In this document: positions 29,662-39,596 of the stretch, piece after piece
How the letters are laid out: every line of letters begins with the position of its first letter
Numbering within the stretch: the first letter of the stretch is position 1
Origin: a virus
IMG/VR virus record: IMGVR_UViG_3300010885_064671
Strand: one strand, 5' to 3'
DNA: 64,000 bases
Notes under the pieces: generated by a model
Databases searched by the model: none
Told to the model about the DNA's origin: nothing
Seen by the model: the letters and a program-made list of their open reading frames with translations, nothing else
Program-made: the position numbers and the translations under genes

Positions 29662-30244
29662 GATCTATTATAGACATATCTAGTTTGTTCCAAATAGAAT
29701 TGCTGAGCGCAAGGCCAAGAGAAGAGCAATCCATAATACAGTACTCAACCTTACCCTCAAGGGCAGCTAATTTTTCAAATGTTTCATCTAACTTATTATG
29801 ATAATTATTAAAAGAAACATTTATAACATTTGTTTTAAAACCCATAAATTTATATATTGTTTTTTTATCATGAAAAGAAATAACTACACTATTTGTATTT
29901 TTTACATAGAATTCAAAGATAGCATCATATACTTCTTTATTATTTTCATAATAGTATTCAAATAAATTTGGAGTAAAAAATCTTCCGTCATCCACCATCC
30001 CTATACTGGAATGCTTTTTATTTACGATCTCATCTGCAAGAGCGTCTGGAACATTTTTAATAATTCTTTTATCGTTTAGATTAATAGAGCGTATAATCTC
30101 TTTGTTAAAAGAAGCTGGTATATTATTATCATTCTTCTTACTTAAGGAAACTATAGAAGCTTTTGCGATATTAAGAAAAGCGAACTTTTCTTTTCCATTC
30201 ATTAATTTAGTCAACTCAATAGATGCTTGTATTTGATTTTTCAT
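29615..30244 (-). CDS. Hypothetical protein
   Basis: ORF. Confidence 0.5.
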   Translation of the reverse strand: MKNQIQASIELTKLMNGKEKFAFLNIAKASIVSLSKKNDNNIPASFNKEIIRSINLNDKRIIKNVPDALADEIVNKKHSSIGMVDDGRFFTPNLFEYYYENNKEVYDAIFEFYVKNTNSVVISFHDKKTIYKFMGFKTNVINVSFNNYHNKLDETFEKLAALEGKVEYCIMDCSSLGLALSNSIWNKLDMSIIDLGKTISYSRTHSVAG

Positions 30245-30246
30245 TT

Positions 30247-30954
30247 TTAGATCCCGAAATTTCCCCAGTTTATTAAAACTGGATTTTCATCAACAATAGA
30301 ATTAATATGATCTAGATTGTGGTACTTGCCACCATCTAAATTCGAATATCTTTCGAACTTAGCCTTCTTATCTGCATCATGCAAGTAACCCAAGTGCTGC
30401 ATGACTAGGGTAGAATTAGGCCAATAGTTTCTTTGCCCATACCAATCAAGGACATAAGTGGGTTCAGCGCCACAGGCAAGGGCTCTATCCCTAAAGGTGC
30501 CGTTTGACATGTATCTAAATATTCTCGTACTATTATTTGGAGCCCACAACTTGTCTACTCTGTACTGCTCCTTATTCCACATGTGATAAAATCTAACATT
30601 AACTACATCTTTTTCTGAGGAATTCAAGATGCTTCTAATATCAATAGTATCTATATTGGTAGAGCTATACAGCATCTCATCACAGTCTATGGCTATTATC
30701 CAGTCACCCTCTGATGCATGGTTTTCAAGGTTCAACCAAGCGTACCTTCTCAGTCTGCCCTCGTGTATATTAAACATTTGTTTTGGGGTTTTATAAACAT
30801 GCGCAAAGTCTTTTGCTATTGAAGCGGTCTCGTCATCCGAACAGTCGTCAGTGAATACTATTTCGTCGACCTGTTCTTTTAGTCTATTTAAAACCTCGGG
30901 CAAAAATCTTGAGGCTTCATTTCTTCCTACCATTTGTGCTATTATTTTTTGCAT
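30247..30954 (-). CDS. Glycosyltransferase family 2
   Basis: VDEIVFTDDCSDDETASIAKDF...GDWIIAIDCDEM. Confidence 0.8.
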   Translation of the reverse strand: MQKIIAQMVGRNEASRFLPEVLNRLKEQVDEIVFTDDCSDDETASIAKDFAHVYKTPKQMFNIHEGRLRRYAWLNLENHASEGDWIIAIDCDEMLYSSTNIDTIDIRSILNSSEKDVVNVRFYHMWNKEQYRVDKLWAPNNSTRIFRYMSNGTFRDRALACGAEPTYVLDWYGQRNYWPNSTLVMQHLGYLHDADKKAKFERYSNLDGGKYHNLDHINSIVDENPVLINWGNFGI

Positions 30955-31021
30955 TATATACTTCCAGATTTAAATAATAAGGGCAACGGAATAAACCCGT
31001 TGCCCTTAAATTGAATAAAAT

Positions 31022-31216
31022 TTATCCTTCGATTTGCTCACGAGCCTTTATGGCTGTGATTCTTTCTACATCTACATCTTTAAAAATTAATTCACCAGCA
31101 ACACCGGCTACCTTACGGCGACTGCCACTAGCAATTTTTTCTGCTTCTGTCTTATTCGCTGCCTTAACAATTGATGTAGTTGTAACTGTAAAGTATTTGA
31201 ATTTATTTTCTGCCAT
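31022..31216 (-). CDS. Hypothetical small protein
   Basis: ORF. Confidence 0.5.
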   Translation of the reverse strand: MAENKFKYFTVTTTSIVKAANKTEAEKIASGSRRKVAGVAGELIFKDVDVERITAIKAREQIEG

Positions 31217-31230
31217 TTTTTTTCCTTTGT

Positions 31231-31641
31231 TTACTTACTTGATGGATATGTATTGCATATATATTCTACAGCATCTCCTAAGGATAATGCAACCTTAGTG
31301 GATAAAAAATTTAGATAAACTCTATTTAAATAACTTTTATCTGCAAAAGTTACCACAGGTTGGTTATTCATATACGCCCAAGTCATTTCAAAATCAGTTC
31401 CTATATAAGCCCTATTGGGTATCGTATACTCTACCAAAATTATATCGCAGCTTTTTTGCAAAAACATATTTTTACTTACAATTTCTTTTGGTTCGCACCC
31501 TTGTTCCTCTAGAGCATAATCCATAGGATTAACTGCTTGGAAACCTCTATCGGCTAACAGTTTTACGGCTTCATTTCTCCAGCCATGTGCAAATATACCG
31601 ACCTCTTCTATTGCTCCAGATAAAAATACTTTAGTTTGCAT
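31231..31641 (-). CDS. Nucleoside 2-deoxyribosyltransferase-like protein
   Basis: KVFLSGAIEEV...GWRNEAVKLL...FQAVNPMDY...SCDIILVEYT...GTDFEMTWAY. Confidence 0.65.
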   Translation of the reverse strand: MQTKVFLSGAIEEVGIFAHGWRNEAVKLLADRGFQAVNPMDYALEEQGCEPKEIVSKNMFLQKSCDIILVEYTIPNRAYIGTDFEMTWAYMNNQPVVTFADKSYLNRVYLNFLSTKVALSLGDAVEYICNTYPSSK

Positions 31642-32056
31642 TAGATACTTCCTTTCCTGGCCAGTAATATTCTAAATTAGATGGTTCGTCAAAATACTCT
31701 GAATAGTATTCATAATCTTTACGGAGTAAATTAGATCTATGTGAACGGTGGAATTTATCTAGACCAAACCATGGTGGCATAACTACTTCTTCTAGATTAA
31801 AATCTTCAAAAAGCATTGTGTTTTTATAGCCTCTGCTAATCCACTCTTGGATGGTGTAGTTTTGATATAACTGTAAGGCTAGTTCATAACCGGTCCACAT
31901 AACCGTAACCGGATGATTGCGCCAACCTTTTGTTGGTGTACGACCAAGCAAGATGTTCAGAACTTGGAAAGTTTCTACTCGTTGCTTTCCAAGTCTACGA
32001 TAATCTAATACCCGAACTGATTCTTTAAGATCTGCGTATGGTAAGAATGTTTGCAT
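31631..32056 (-). CDS. Pyrimidine-dimer-excision (DUF/Pyr_excise)-like protein; carries the only in-frame CGG with no shift signature
   Basis: MQTFLPYADLKESVRVLDYRRLGKQRVETFQVL...HPVTVMW. Confidence 0.6.
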   Translation of the reverse strand: MQTFLPYADLKESVRVLDYRRLGKQRVETFQVLNILLGRTPTKGWRNHPVTVMWTGYELALQLYQNYTIQEWISRGYKNTMLFEDFNLEEVVMPPWFGLDKFHRSHRSNLLRKDYEYYSEYFDEPSNLEYYWPGKEVSNAN

Positions 32057-32457
32057 TATGCCTTCTTAAATTCCTCAAAAGTTTTGTCACCTACACCAAA
32101 GTATTCTCTAGCTAATCCAGCCTTAACAATCTCCGTGTTAAGACATTCGCCAGCTTCGTTCCATACTCTAGCTAGAATTCTACCATACTTCTCATTCTTA
32201 TCAAGAATTGTTTCAATCTTAACTTTATGATTAGCTTTAGTTAGCCATTGATCTGTAAATTCTTTTGCGGCCAATCCCATTTTCTTTTCTTCAAGATTAG
32301 TTGTACGGCTCTCTGGAGTGTTAACACCATAGAGTCTGACGCTCTTAGGTCCAAACTTAACTTCAAAACCAAGATCAACAACGACCTTAAAAGTATCTCC
32401 GTCTACTACCTTAACTACTTCTGCATTATATAAGTAAACATTAAATTGATCTGACAT
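32056..32457 (-). CDS. Staphylococcal/thermonuclease-like (SNase) protein
   Basis: VVKVVDGDTFKV...VRLYGVNTPES...AAKEFT...NEKYGRILARVW. Confidence 0.85.
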   Translation of the reverse strand: MSDQFNVYLYNAEVVKVVDGDTFKVVVDLGFEVKFGPKSVRLYGVNTPESRTTNLEEKKMGLAAKEFTDQWLTKANHKVKIETILDKNEKYGRILARVWNEAGECLNTEIVKAGLAREYFGVGDKTFEEFKKA

Positions 32458-32458
32458 T

Positions 32459-33262
32459 TTAATCTCTTTCTATTCCTATGTAATCGCAGGCTTTGCGAAA
32501 TATTGATTGACTTACTTTGAATTGGGCATCGGCGTGACTGTAGCCCTCTCCTGGTTTTGGAGATGAAGCGTGCCAACTGTGACCAATCGATACACTACCA
32601 TCATATACTACATTATAGCCTAAGTGACGAGCAAAGTACGAACACCAAGTCTCCTCGTAATAATGAGGTGTTGGTAGGAAGGCTCCTACTGCCTCGGGGT
32701 ACATCTTTCTATACCCTTCATCATTGGTTAATGCATCCCAGATTGATCTCCTAATAAAATAAGCGGATCCAGAAATCGTAACACAGTTAACTCTATCCCT
32801 ATAGAGTATATCTTCGGGATCATTCTCATTCCAGCCTCTATGCTTAGGAGCTGTATTAGTACCAACTATACCAGCATGTTTTATGTTACCATATTCATCT
32901 CTTTGCTTTGGCCCAAGAATATGCACATCTGGTTCTTGATTAAAAATTTGACATATTTTCTTGATGTCTTCGTTGGTGAACCATACATCCGCATTTAAAA
33001 TTCCTATTACACTGTTGTCCCCTCTAGAAGCTAGCTTGTTAATTGCAGCGGAGTAACCAATGTTTTTATTTAGATCTATTCTATCTATTTGATATCTCTT
33101 ATCATTTTCTCTAAGCCATTCAACGGTATCATCTGCTGAATCATTATCCGCAATGTATAGGTTCCAAAATTTATTTTCAGGACTAACCTCCGCGTGCAAA
33201 GTATCCAGTAGTCTTTGAAGCAACGGTCTAGTGTTATAGTTTACTACACATAAATCTATCAT
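32459..33262 (-). CDS. Glycosyltransferase family 2
   Basis: IDLCVVNYNTRPLLQRLLDTL...NLYIADNDSADDTVEWL. Confidence 0.85.
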   Translation of the reverse strand: MIDLCVVNYNTRPLLQRLLDTLHAEVSPENKFWNLYIADNDSADDTVEWLRENDKRYQIDRIDLNKNIGYSAAINKLASRGDNSVIGILNADVWFTNEDIKKICQIFNQEPDVHILGPKQRDEYGNIKHAGIVGTNTAPKHRGWNENDPEDILYRDRVNCVTISGSAYFIRRSIWDALTNDEGYRKMYPEAVGAFLPTPHYYEETWCSYFARHLGYNVVYDGSVSIGHSWHASSPKPGEGYSHADAQFKVSQSIFRKACDYIGIERD

Positions 33263-33263
33263 C

Positions 33264-33524
33264 TTAAAATTTTTCTATATTTGAGGCCAGGATAACCATC
33301 GAAAAAGCATCGTCTGAATTTACTCCATGGTTGATGTATTCACACATCTCTTTCATTCTTGCATCTATATCTTCCTGCAAATAAAATTCGCTCAACCTAT
33401 TCCTATATTGAGAAAGGGATGCGTAATTAGGCAAGCGTGTTATATCTTCTCTTTTAAAAAGATATGAAATTAATCCTACAATAGCAACTCCGTAAAAAAT
33501 ATTATTCTTATTAAGAATTTTCAT
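33264..33524 (-). CDS. Hypothetical small protein
   Basis: ORF. Confidence 0.45.
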   Translation of the reverse strand: MKILNKNNIFYGVAIVGLISYLFKREDITRLPNYASLSQYRNRLSEFYLQEDIDARMKEMCEYINHGVNSDDAFSMVILASNIEKF

Positions 33525-33778
33525 ACTACCTTCTTTTTTCTACCAGGCTTAACTTGTATAGTATCATTTACGTCTAGGTTATCTGGTAACTCTTCCTTAT
33601 ACTTGTATAAACAAATATTATCTGAATCTGGTTCAAAAGTTACAAAGAATATATTTTTATCAGCTTCTGTTAATCCTTCAGGTGGAGGAGACTCTAAAGC
33701 TATTTTGGGGTTAGATGATCCATAAACTTGGCTATGGTTTTTATATACAACAATATAATTCAGTTTAGATGCAGGCAT
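33521..33778 (-). CDS. Hypothetical small protein
   Basis: ORF. Confidence 0.45.
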   Translation of the reverse strand: MPASKLNYIVVYKNHSQVYGSSNPKIALESPPPEGLTEADKNIFFVTFEPDSDNICLYKYKEELPDNLDVNDTIQVKPGRKKKVV

Positions 33779-33779
33779 A

Positions 33780-33950
33780 CTATAACCCCAGTAGGATTGC
33801 GTATCCAGCTATAAATGCTGTTACTACAGCAATTGCAACTGCAATAAGTTTTATATTTTTACTCTGAGATACTTGGTTAAGCATCTGCATACTGATACAC
33901 CAATTCATCAAGATAGAAAATACTAGGGCTAAAATTACATTTTTAAACAT
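33780..33950 (-). CDS. Small membrane protein
   Basis: MFKNVILALVFSILMNWC...IKLIAVAIAVVTAFIAGYAILLGL. Confidence 0.5.
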   Translation of the reverse strand: MFKNVILALVFSILMNWCISMQMLNQVSQSKNIKLIAVAIAVVTAFIAGYAILLGL

Positions 33951-34647
33951 TTGCTTGACCGACCAAACTTCCTATGCTTATTGGAAAACGAGGCTCTATT
34001 AAATTCATGACAGCTCTAGCATAATCTCTTATTTCTAACTGAGCATCATCGCTAAGTCTTTGATTTAAGAATAACGCTATAGATTGTAAACTGCAAGTCC
34101 ATCTGTAGGACACATACATACCATAGGCTGGCAGAAATAGTCTAGCTTGTTCTGGAGCGACTTCATTTGACATAGCCATATTATACAAAGCCTCGCCTTG
34201 CTCGATGTATCTTATGAGCTCATCAGTTAAAACAGCACCGGTCCAAGGCCCTATCGGACCACCAGATCCTTGCTTTTTGTTATCTGGTGCAAGGCGCCAA
34301 TCTTCAGAACTAGGTACATAAAATTCAGGCTCCATAGTGATGTATCTTCTTGATGATTCATTCCAAGAATCCATAGTATGGTCTGAACCCACTACATATT
34401 TCCAGTGTTGGCGAGCAACAAGAAGCGGTGCTTTAAACTCAAATGTTGCACAAGCATGTCTAAAAGGAGACATATGATTTTCCCTAATCAAAAAATCAAT
34501 TAAATGAACATCTTTTTTAGATAGCTCTTTAGATTCTTTGCTAAAGGAAACTCTAGCGGCGTTTACAATAGATAGATCACTACCCATAACGTCAACCAGT
34601 CTTACATAACCCTTATCTAAAACTGAAACTATGTTATCTGTATCCAT
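33943..34647 (-). CDS. thyX: Flavin-dependent thymidylate synthase-like protein
   Basis: VRLVDVMGSDLSIVNAARVSF...HMSPFRHACATFEFKAPLLVARQHWKY...SWNESSRRYI. Confidence 0.9.
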   Translation of the reverse strand: MDTDNIVSVLDKGYVRLVDVMGSDLSIVNAARVSFSKESKELSKKDVHLIDFLIRENHMSPFRHACATFEFKAPLLVARQHWKYVVGSDHTMDSWNESSRRYITMEPEFYVPSSEDWRLAPDNKKQGSGGPIGPWTGAVLTDELIRYIEQGEALYNMAMSNEVAPEQARLFLPAYGMYVSYRWTCSLQSIALFLNQRLSDDAQLEIRDYARAVMNLIEPRFPISIGSLVGQANV

Positions 34648-34671
34648 GCTTATATTATACCATCAAGAATT

Positions 34672-36768
34672 CTATTTAGTGTTATCCTTTATGAATTTAA
34701 TTTCGCATGAATCAGTAGTGCAATATCTTTCGCCTATCGCGTCAAAAGCCATGCCAGCATAAACTCCAGAAAGATCTATTGGGAATAATTTAGCTACATT
34801 ATCCTTGTATTCACTCTCTGTTATTTGAGTGTACGGCATTTGTGGATAGGTCTTGTTCCCGCTAGGTAGGAAAGATACAGTTTTTAACTGACCATCGAAC
34901 ATGTGCAGAACAGTTTCTACGTGTTCAGATTCTTTCTCTACATCAAAAGATATAGTAACTGAAACTGAATTATCAGACCAATAGCGTTGGGCAGTTGCCG
35001 CTAAAGACATTTTTTCAAAAATAGTTACATCACGCTCAGCCCTATTTGCTTCAGACATTATTGGAAAGAAAACTACAGAAGTAGTGTCTGGTGATTCTGA
35101 CGCCGGCTCCACTAAATAATTAGCCATACGGAATAGTGGGAGCATCGGATCTTCATTTGCAAAACGTATAGAACGCATAAAGTATTTTCCGCCTGGAGTC
35201 CAATGAACACCTGGAGATTCACCAGCCAATATAGATACTGTGCCAGAAGGTTTAATTGTTGTCATCTTTATTGATTCACGTATGCCTAACCACTCTGAAT
35301 AAATACGATCATAATTCTTTATAATATTATAACCCGTATCCATCCAGTCTCTTAAGGCGGGCAGTCCTCTAGTGTCAGCAAAATTAGCTACACCAGACAT
35401 AGATGCACCTATTCTACGGTTACGCTGCATTATCGCGTTTGTCTCTTCCCAGTGTGTAGGAAGTAGTGTAACTGTCTTAGCATAAAGATACGCAAACTTT
35501 AGAGTGCGCTTATAGTCCTCTAGGTTGTCATGTCTATTAAGATAGGTCTCCACAAGCGTACAGCACTCGTAGGACTCGAGAGATTGCTCTGCGCATGGAT
35601 TATAACCTGCTACTCGCCAATCCTTGTTATCTGGTGGGTCAGCTAGGCGACCATACTTTCTGGATAGATCCATCCACAATACACCTGGCTCACCATTGCG
35701 CACAATGCCATCAACAATTTTACTTAAATCACTTCCGACTTTAGTCTCAACAGAATTGTTTGACATCCAACCCCACCCTGGAGAATTAGGGTCATATGAA
35801 TTTCTTTCCGGAAATTTATCTGCGTTCTTAAGGTTTAGAAAATCATCGTCATCTATACTTCCGATTAATAACTCTGCTGATCTTCTTACATTGCCGGATA
35901 CCACACATACACCTATTAGATTCCCTATATCGGCTATGTCTAGCTTCGTTAATTTATCACCTTTTCGCTCATCAAACATTCTTCTAATATAGATATGCAA
36001 TTTCTCCAATGGTTCATGCCCAGCAGCTACTCCACCAAATGTTTTAATCGGCGTTCCAGCTGGTCTGATCTGAGAATAGTCAAACTCATAACTTGGTTGA
36101 TTTTCTTTTAAATACGCATTCAGAAGTAGCGACAAGGATTCAACCCAGCCCTCACGAGTGTCTGGAACTACATGAGTCACTTTTTCTTTTGGCTGATAAA
36201 TTATAAAATCTTTATTAGCACCTTTGTCATCAAATCCAACGCCAACGCCAAGCATTGACGCCTCCATTAAAAATGCAAATGGTTTTGCTGGATTAAACTT
36301 ATTCATTTCTGATGTAGAAACAAAGGCGCAATTTTGTAGAGCAGCTGAATTCTTTTGTATATTAACTATATTAGTACCCATAGCCCATAGGCCTCTACCT
36401 GGTGGAGTCCACTTCAAATTAAACAATCTATCAAATGCTTCTTTAGCTGAAGCTTGTCCCTTAGCATCGTTCCAGGGAAGTCGGCTCGTTTTACAGTGAT
36501 CTTTTTGCAAAGAATACATTCCGTTGATTACTCTCTCACAAACATCAACCCAAGTTTCTTTCGTCCCATCTTCCTTGAGGCGTGAGTATGTGCGCAAGAA
36601 AGTTATTTCACCCACAGAATTTCCACCAGCATCCTTGTAGCCAAATGGTGGCTTCTTATCCTTATAGCTAGCTACAAAATCATCTGTTAATTTAAACATA
36701 AACATTGATGGTATTTTGCTTGCCATAGGAACAAGATCTGGATTGCCGTTTTCTATTTCTTCTGACAC
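34672..36768 (-). CDS. nrdJ: Adenosylcobalamin-dependent (class II) ribonucleotide reductase
   Basis: WTPPGRGLWAMGT, GNVRRSAELLIGS, NPCAEQSLESYECCTL, TTIKPSGTVSILAGESPGVHW. Confidence 0.92.
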   Translation of the reverse strand: MSEEIENGNPDLVPMASKIPSMFMFKLTDDFVASYKDKKPPFGYKDAGGNSVGEITFLRTYSRLKEDGTKETWVDVCERVINGMYSLQKDHCKTSRLPWNDAKGQASAKEAFDRLFNLKWTPPGRGLWAMGTNIVNIQKNSAALQNCAFVSTSEMNKFNPAKPFAFLMEASMLGVGVGFDDKGANKDFIIYQPKEKVTHVVPDTREGWVESLSLLLNAYLKENQPSYEFDYSQIRPAGTPIKTFGGVAAGHEPLEKLHIYIRRMFDERKGDKLTKLDIADIGNLIGVCVVSGNVRRSAELLIGSIDDDDFLNLKNADKFPERNSYDPNSPGWGWMSNNSVETKVGSDLSKIVDGIVRNGEPGVLWMDLSRKYGRLADPPDNKDWRVAGYNPCAEQSLESYECCTLVETYLNRHDNLEDYKRTLKFAYLYAKTVTLLPTHWEETNAIMQRNRRIGASMSGVANFADTRGLPALRDWMDTGYNIIKNYDRIYSEWLGIRESIKMTTIKPSGTVSILAGESPGVHWTPGGKYFMRSIRFANEDPMLPLFRMANYLVEPASESPDTTSVVFFPIMSEANRAERDVTIFEKMSLAATAQRYWSDNSVSVTISFDVEKESEHVETVLHMFDGQLKTVSFLPSGNKTYPQMPYTQITESEYKDNVAKLFPIDLSGVYAGMAFDAIGERYCTTDSCEIKFIKDNTK

Positions 36769-36776
36769 TTTTTCTC

Positions 36777-37475
36777 CTAGCTATTAACTTTTTTGATATA
36801 TTTAGAATTTGTTTTTTGAATCTCTATATTTTTTATTTTAAGTATATCTTGTATTGGATAAACTTTATGTATTTCTCTTTCAAAAAAATACCCACTTCTC
36901 CAATTAAAAACACTATTAACATTTTTCTTATGATTAACAAACATGTTACATACTACAGCGCCACCATATGATTTAACTATATTGGCAAATTTATTTTTCA
37001 GTTCTTCGATATTGACATTGTCCAGTCCACCGCTTTCTTGGGCTTTTGAAAATAACCAATTAAAGGCCTGCCTATTCATCGGTGATACATCTATAGGATC
37101 TATGACCCCTAATAGTATAGCTTTGTTTCTGCTATTTGCTATCTGAATATCTTCTTTTATAACTTTTTTAAAAAGATCAAACCAATCTCTTTCATTAAAC
37201 TGCACCCATGCAGTGCACCAAAATAAAAGATTTTCTGGTGGAGATGGAACTATACTTTTTTCGGTGTACGGAAGCAGAACTGCACAGCTGATAGCTCTCT
37301 TCATAAAAGATTTTCTTGATTCTTCAGACTTAGTTTTGGAACCAGAAATTTCCCAAAGTTTATTTATATTCTTTCGCCAGTCAGTTGGGCCTAAGAATAT
37401 GTTTAGATACTTCTCTGCCACGTCTATAGGTATTGTATCCTCATTGATTACTTTCTGTAAACCATCTAAAGACAT
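36777..37475 (-). CDS. Hypothetical protein
   Basis: ORF. Confidence 0.5.
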   Translation of the reverse strand: MSLDGLQKVINEDTIPIDVAEKYLNIFLGPTDWRKNINKLWEISGSKTKSEESRKSFMKRAISCAVLLPYTEKSIVPSPPENLLFWCTAWVQFNERDWFDLFKKVIKEDIQIANSRNKAILLGVIDPIDVSPMNRQAFNWLFSKAQESGGLDNVNIEELKNKFANIVKSYGGAVVCNMFVNHKKNVNSVFNWRSGYFFEREIHKVYPIQDILKIKNIEIQKTNSKYIKKVNS

Positions 37476-37520
37476 TTATAATCCTTTATAAAATTATCAA
37501 AACCTATAAAACAAGTCCGG

Positions 37521-37550
37521 AAAAAGATCATCCCGCCCTTTCGGGCGGGA
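37521..37550 (-). terminator. Rho-independent terminator for the 37637 gene/virion operon (minus strand)
   Basis: TCCCGCCC-GAAA-GGGCGGGA stem followed on the minus strand by TGATCTTTTT. Confidence 0.8.
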
Positions 37551-37636
37551 CGTCTTGATGTCATTTCTGAGCGTCGGTTTCCGTATCACCTAGTATAGCA
37601 TGATGATGGTTTACTTACTGCGTATTTTGTGATTTA

Positions 37637-38248
37637 TTACAATGCCTTTGCTGAAGCAACGCCCTTCCATTCTTTTGGATGTTCTCTACCATAAACGGTG
37701 GTTACATTAGCCTGACCATAACTTCCGCTGATGGTTTGCGTGCTTGGGACACCATCAAAAATATAGTTGTTATAGAAACCATAATACAGACTGCGCTTAG
37801 CATGTCCCATCCCCGTGAATGCATTTGCGGATGTAACACCGTCAAAAATATAATTGCTATAGGAACCGTAATATAGATTTCTCTTAGCGTGGCCGCCATT
37901 GAGAGCTTTTGCTCCGGTAATACCCTTGTATTCAAGTGGACGGAATCTTGCACCGTCATAAGTTGCTGTGCCGTCTGGGAATGTTCCGGCCAAAGGTGTG
38001 GTGCCATTATATAGTGTTGAACCGTTAAGAAGCTGTGACATGAACACATTACCTGGGCGGTAACCAGTACCTGGAACGTGTGCGTTGTCTGGACCGTCGC
38101 GGAGTAACTGGCTAGTGTTGTATAGTGGGTAATACGAATAGGTGCCGTTGCCCTTCGCCTTGCCGGTCATGGTGTAATATGGATTAACCATGCTATTTGT
38201 ATTTTGGCCCGCCAAAACAGGTCTTGGACCAACGTAAGATGTAGCCAT
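37637..38248 (-). CDS. Repeat-containing structural-type protein
   Basis: Tandem AKRNLYYGSYSNYIFDGVTSANAFTGMGH / AKRSLYYGFYNNYIFDGVPSTQTISGSYG. Confidence 0.6.
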   Translation of the reverse strand: MATSYVGPRPVLAGQNTNSMVNPYYTMTGKAKGNGTYSYYPLYNTSQLLRDGPDNAHVPGTGYRPGNVFMSQLLNGSTLYNGTTPLAGTFPDGTATYDGARFRPLEYKGITGAKALNGGHAKRNLYYGSYSNYIFDGVTSANAFTGMGHAKRSLYYGFYNNYIFDGVPSTQTISGSYGQANVTTVYGREHPKEWKGVASAKAL

Positions 38249-38335
38249 TATTGAATCTCCTTATATAGCTTTGATGTGTATATAGTAAAAATATATATTG
38301 TTTTTCAAACCTTTATTTATCAAATAAAATAAAGA

Positions 38336-39595
38336 TCAGACAGGATCGTAATCAATGACTAGGTCAGACAATATTGGTGCAGTTTTGTCTTCCAGCATAT
38401 TTAGCGTAATTTCTATCCAAACTTCACTAGATGCACCAGGATTACTGGTAGAATAGTTGCCGCCATCTTCATATATCACCCTATAGGAAAACGCTTGGCC
38501 CATCATACTTAAGGGCACATTATACATGATTGGATCGACTCTATTTATAGAACCTATCAAAGTACCAGCTGGAGCCTTAAAATTAATTATAGTTTTACCA
38601 GATGTAAAGAATTTATCATACCTAACATCAAAATCAGATAAGCCATAAGTATATACATATTTATCCAATTCTTTAAAATAATTGCTTTGATGCATGCGAA
38701 CACGAATAGCACTCATTTCAATGTCCGGGAAATAGAAGGCCAGGGGACCAGAATTCTTTATCTCATCTGAGCCATCTATTGTCCAACCACCAGGAGGTAT
38801 ATATCCTACTGCACCAAAATCACCATCATACAACGAGTCCATATTTAACGGAGTCCACCCATCATTATCTGTTAAAGTTGGATTCTCTTTTGTAGTATAC
38901 TCTATCGAATAAATATTTACAGAATGCATTGGATACGGGTTTAATTTAACACAATTAGTTTTCATAGAACCAGTAAATTCTGAAGGCAATTTAAAATAAA
39001 GCATTAGTCGGGCAGGACCTTGTGAGTTACTATCTGAGATTACAGTTCTGCTCCAAATTTTGTTTGGATCATCTAAAATGGCGTTGTAGACCGGAGTTGT
39101 ATTAATAATAGCACCAGGAGAATCTATACCGCCTAAATTATTTTGCACATTTGCCTTGAATATATCAGACACAACTTGTCCATTTGTCGGATCATAGAAC
39201 TTAACCTTAGAGCTAGACGCGTTGGGAACTTTAGGTAGTGTAATTATATTATAATATGGATCTAAGCTTAGCAATTCGGTGGGGCCTATCGAAAATTCAG
39301 TAGAAGTAAACTGTGCGTACTGAACTTGGCTAAATGAATATATTGATAATGTTCCAGCATCCGATTCCATTGCCGCAACCCTATTGGACAGATCGACAAT
39401 TGCATTAGAAAGCATTGATTGATCTTTTAGAACTCTTTCAAAAGCTTCGGCTAATCTAGCATCAATTATATTAGCTTTATTGTATAGATACAATAGATCT
39501 TGATAGTTCTCTTCTATTCTAGAATTATAATCAGTGCTGTCTACTGGGCCACCGTACTGCATGTCCCTTTTCTTAGTATTCATTATATCAACCAT
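38336..39595 (-). CDS. Virion structural protein
   Basis: ORF in structural cluster; beta-rich, VRMHQSN... Confidence 0.55.
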   Translation of the reverse strand: MVDIMNTKKRDMQYGGPVDSTDYNSRIEENYQDLLYLYNKANIIDARLAEAFERVLKDQSMLSNAIVDLSNRVAAMESDAGTLSIYSFSQVQYAQFTSTEFSIGPTELLSLDPYYNIITLPKVPNASSSKVKFYDPTNGQVVSDIFKANVQNNLGGIDSPGAIINTTPVYNAILDDPNKIWSRTVISDSNSQGPARLMLYFKLPSEFTGSMKTNCVKLNPYPMHSVNIYSIEYTTKENPTLTDNDGWTPLNMDSLYDGDFGAVGYIPPGGWTIDGSDEIKNSGPLAFYFPDIEMSAIRVRMHQSNYFKELDKYVYTYGLSDFDVRYDKFFTSGKTIINFKAPAGTLIGSINRVDPIMYNVPLSMMGQAFSYRVIYEDGGNYSTSNPGASSEVWIEITLNMLEDKTAPILSDLVIDYDPV

Positions 39596-39596
39596 G

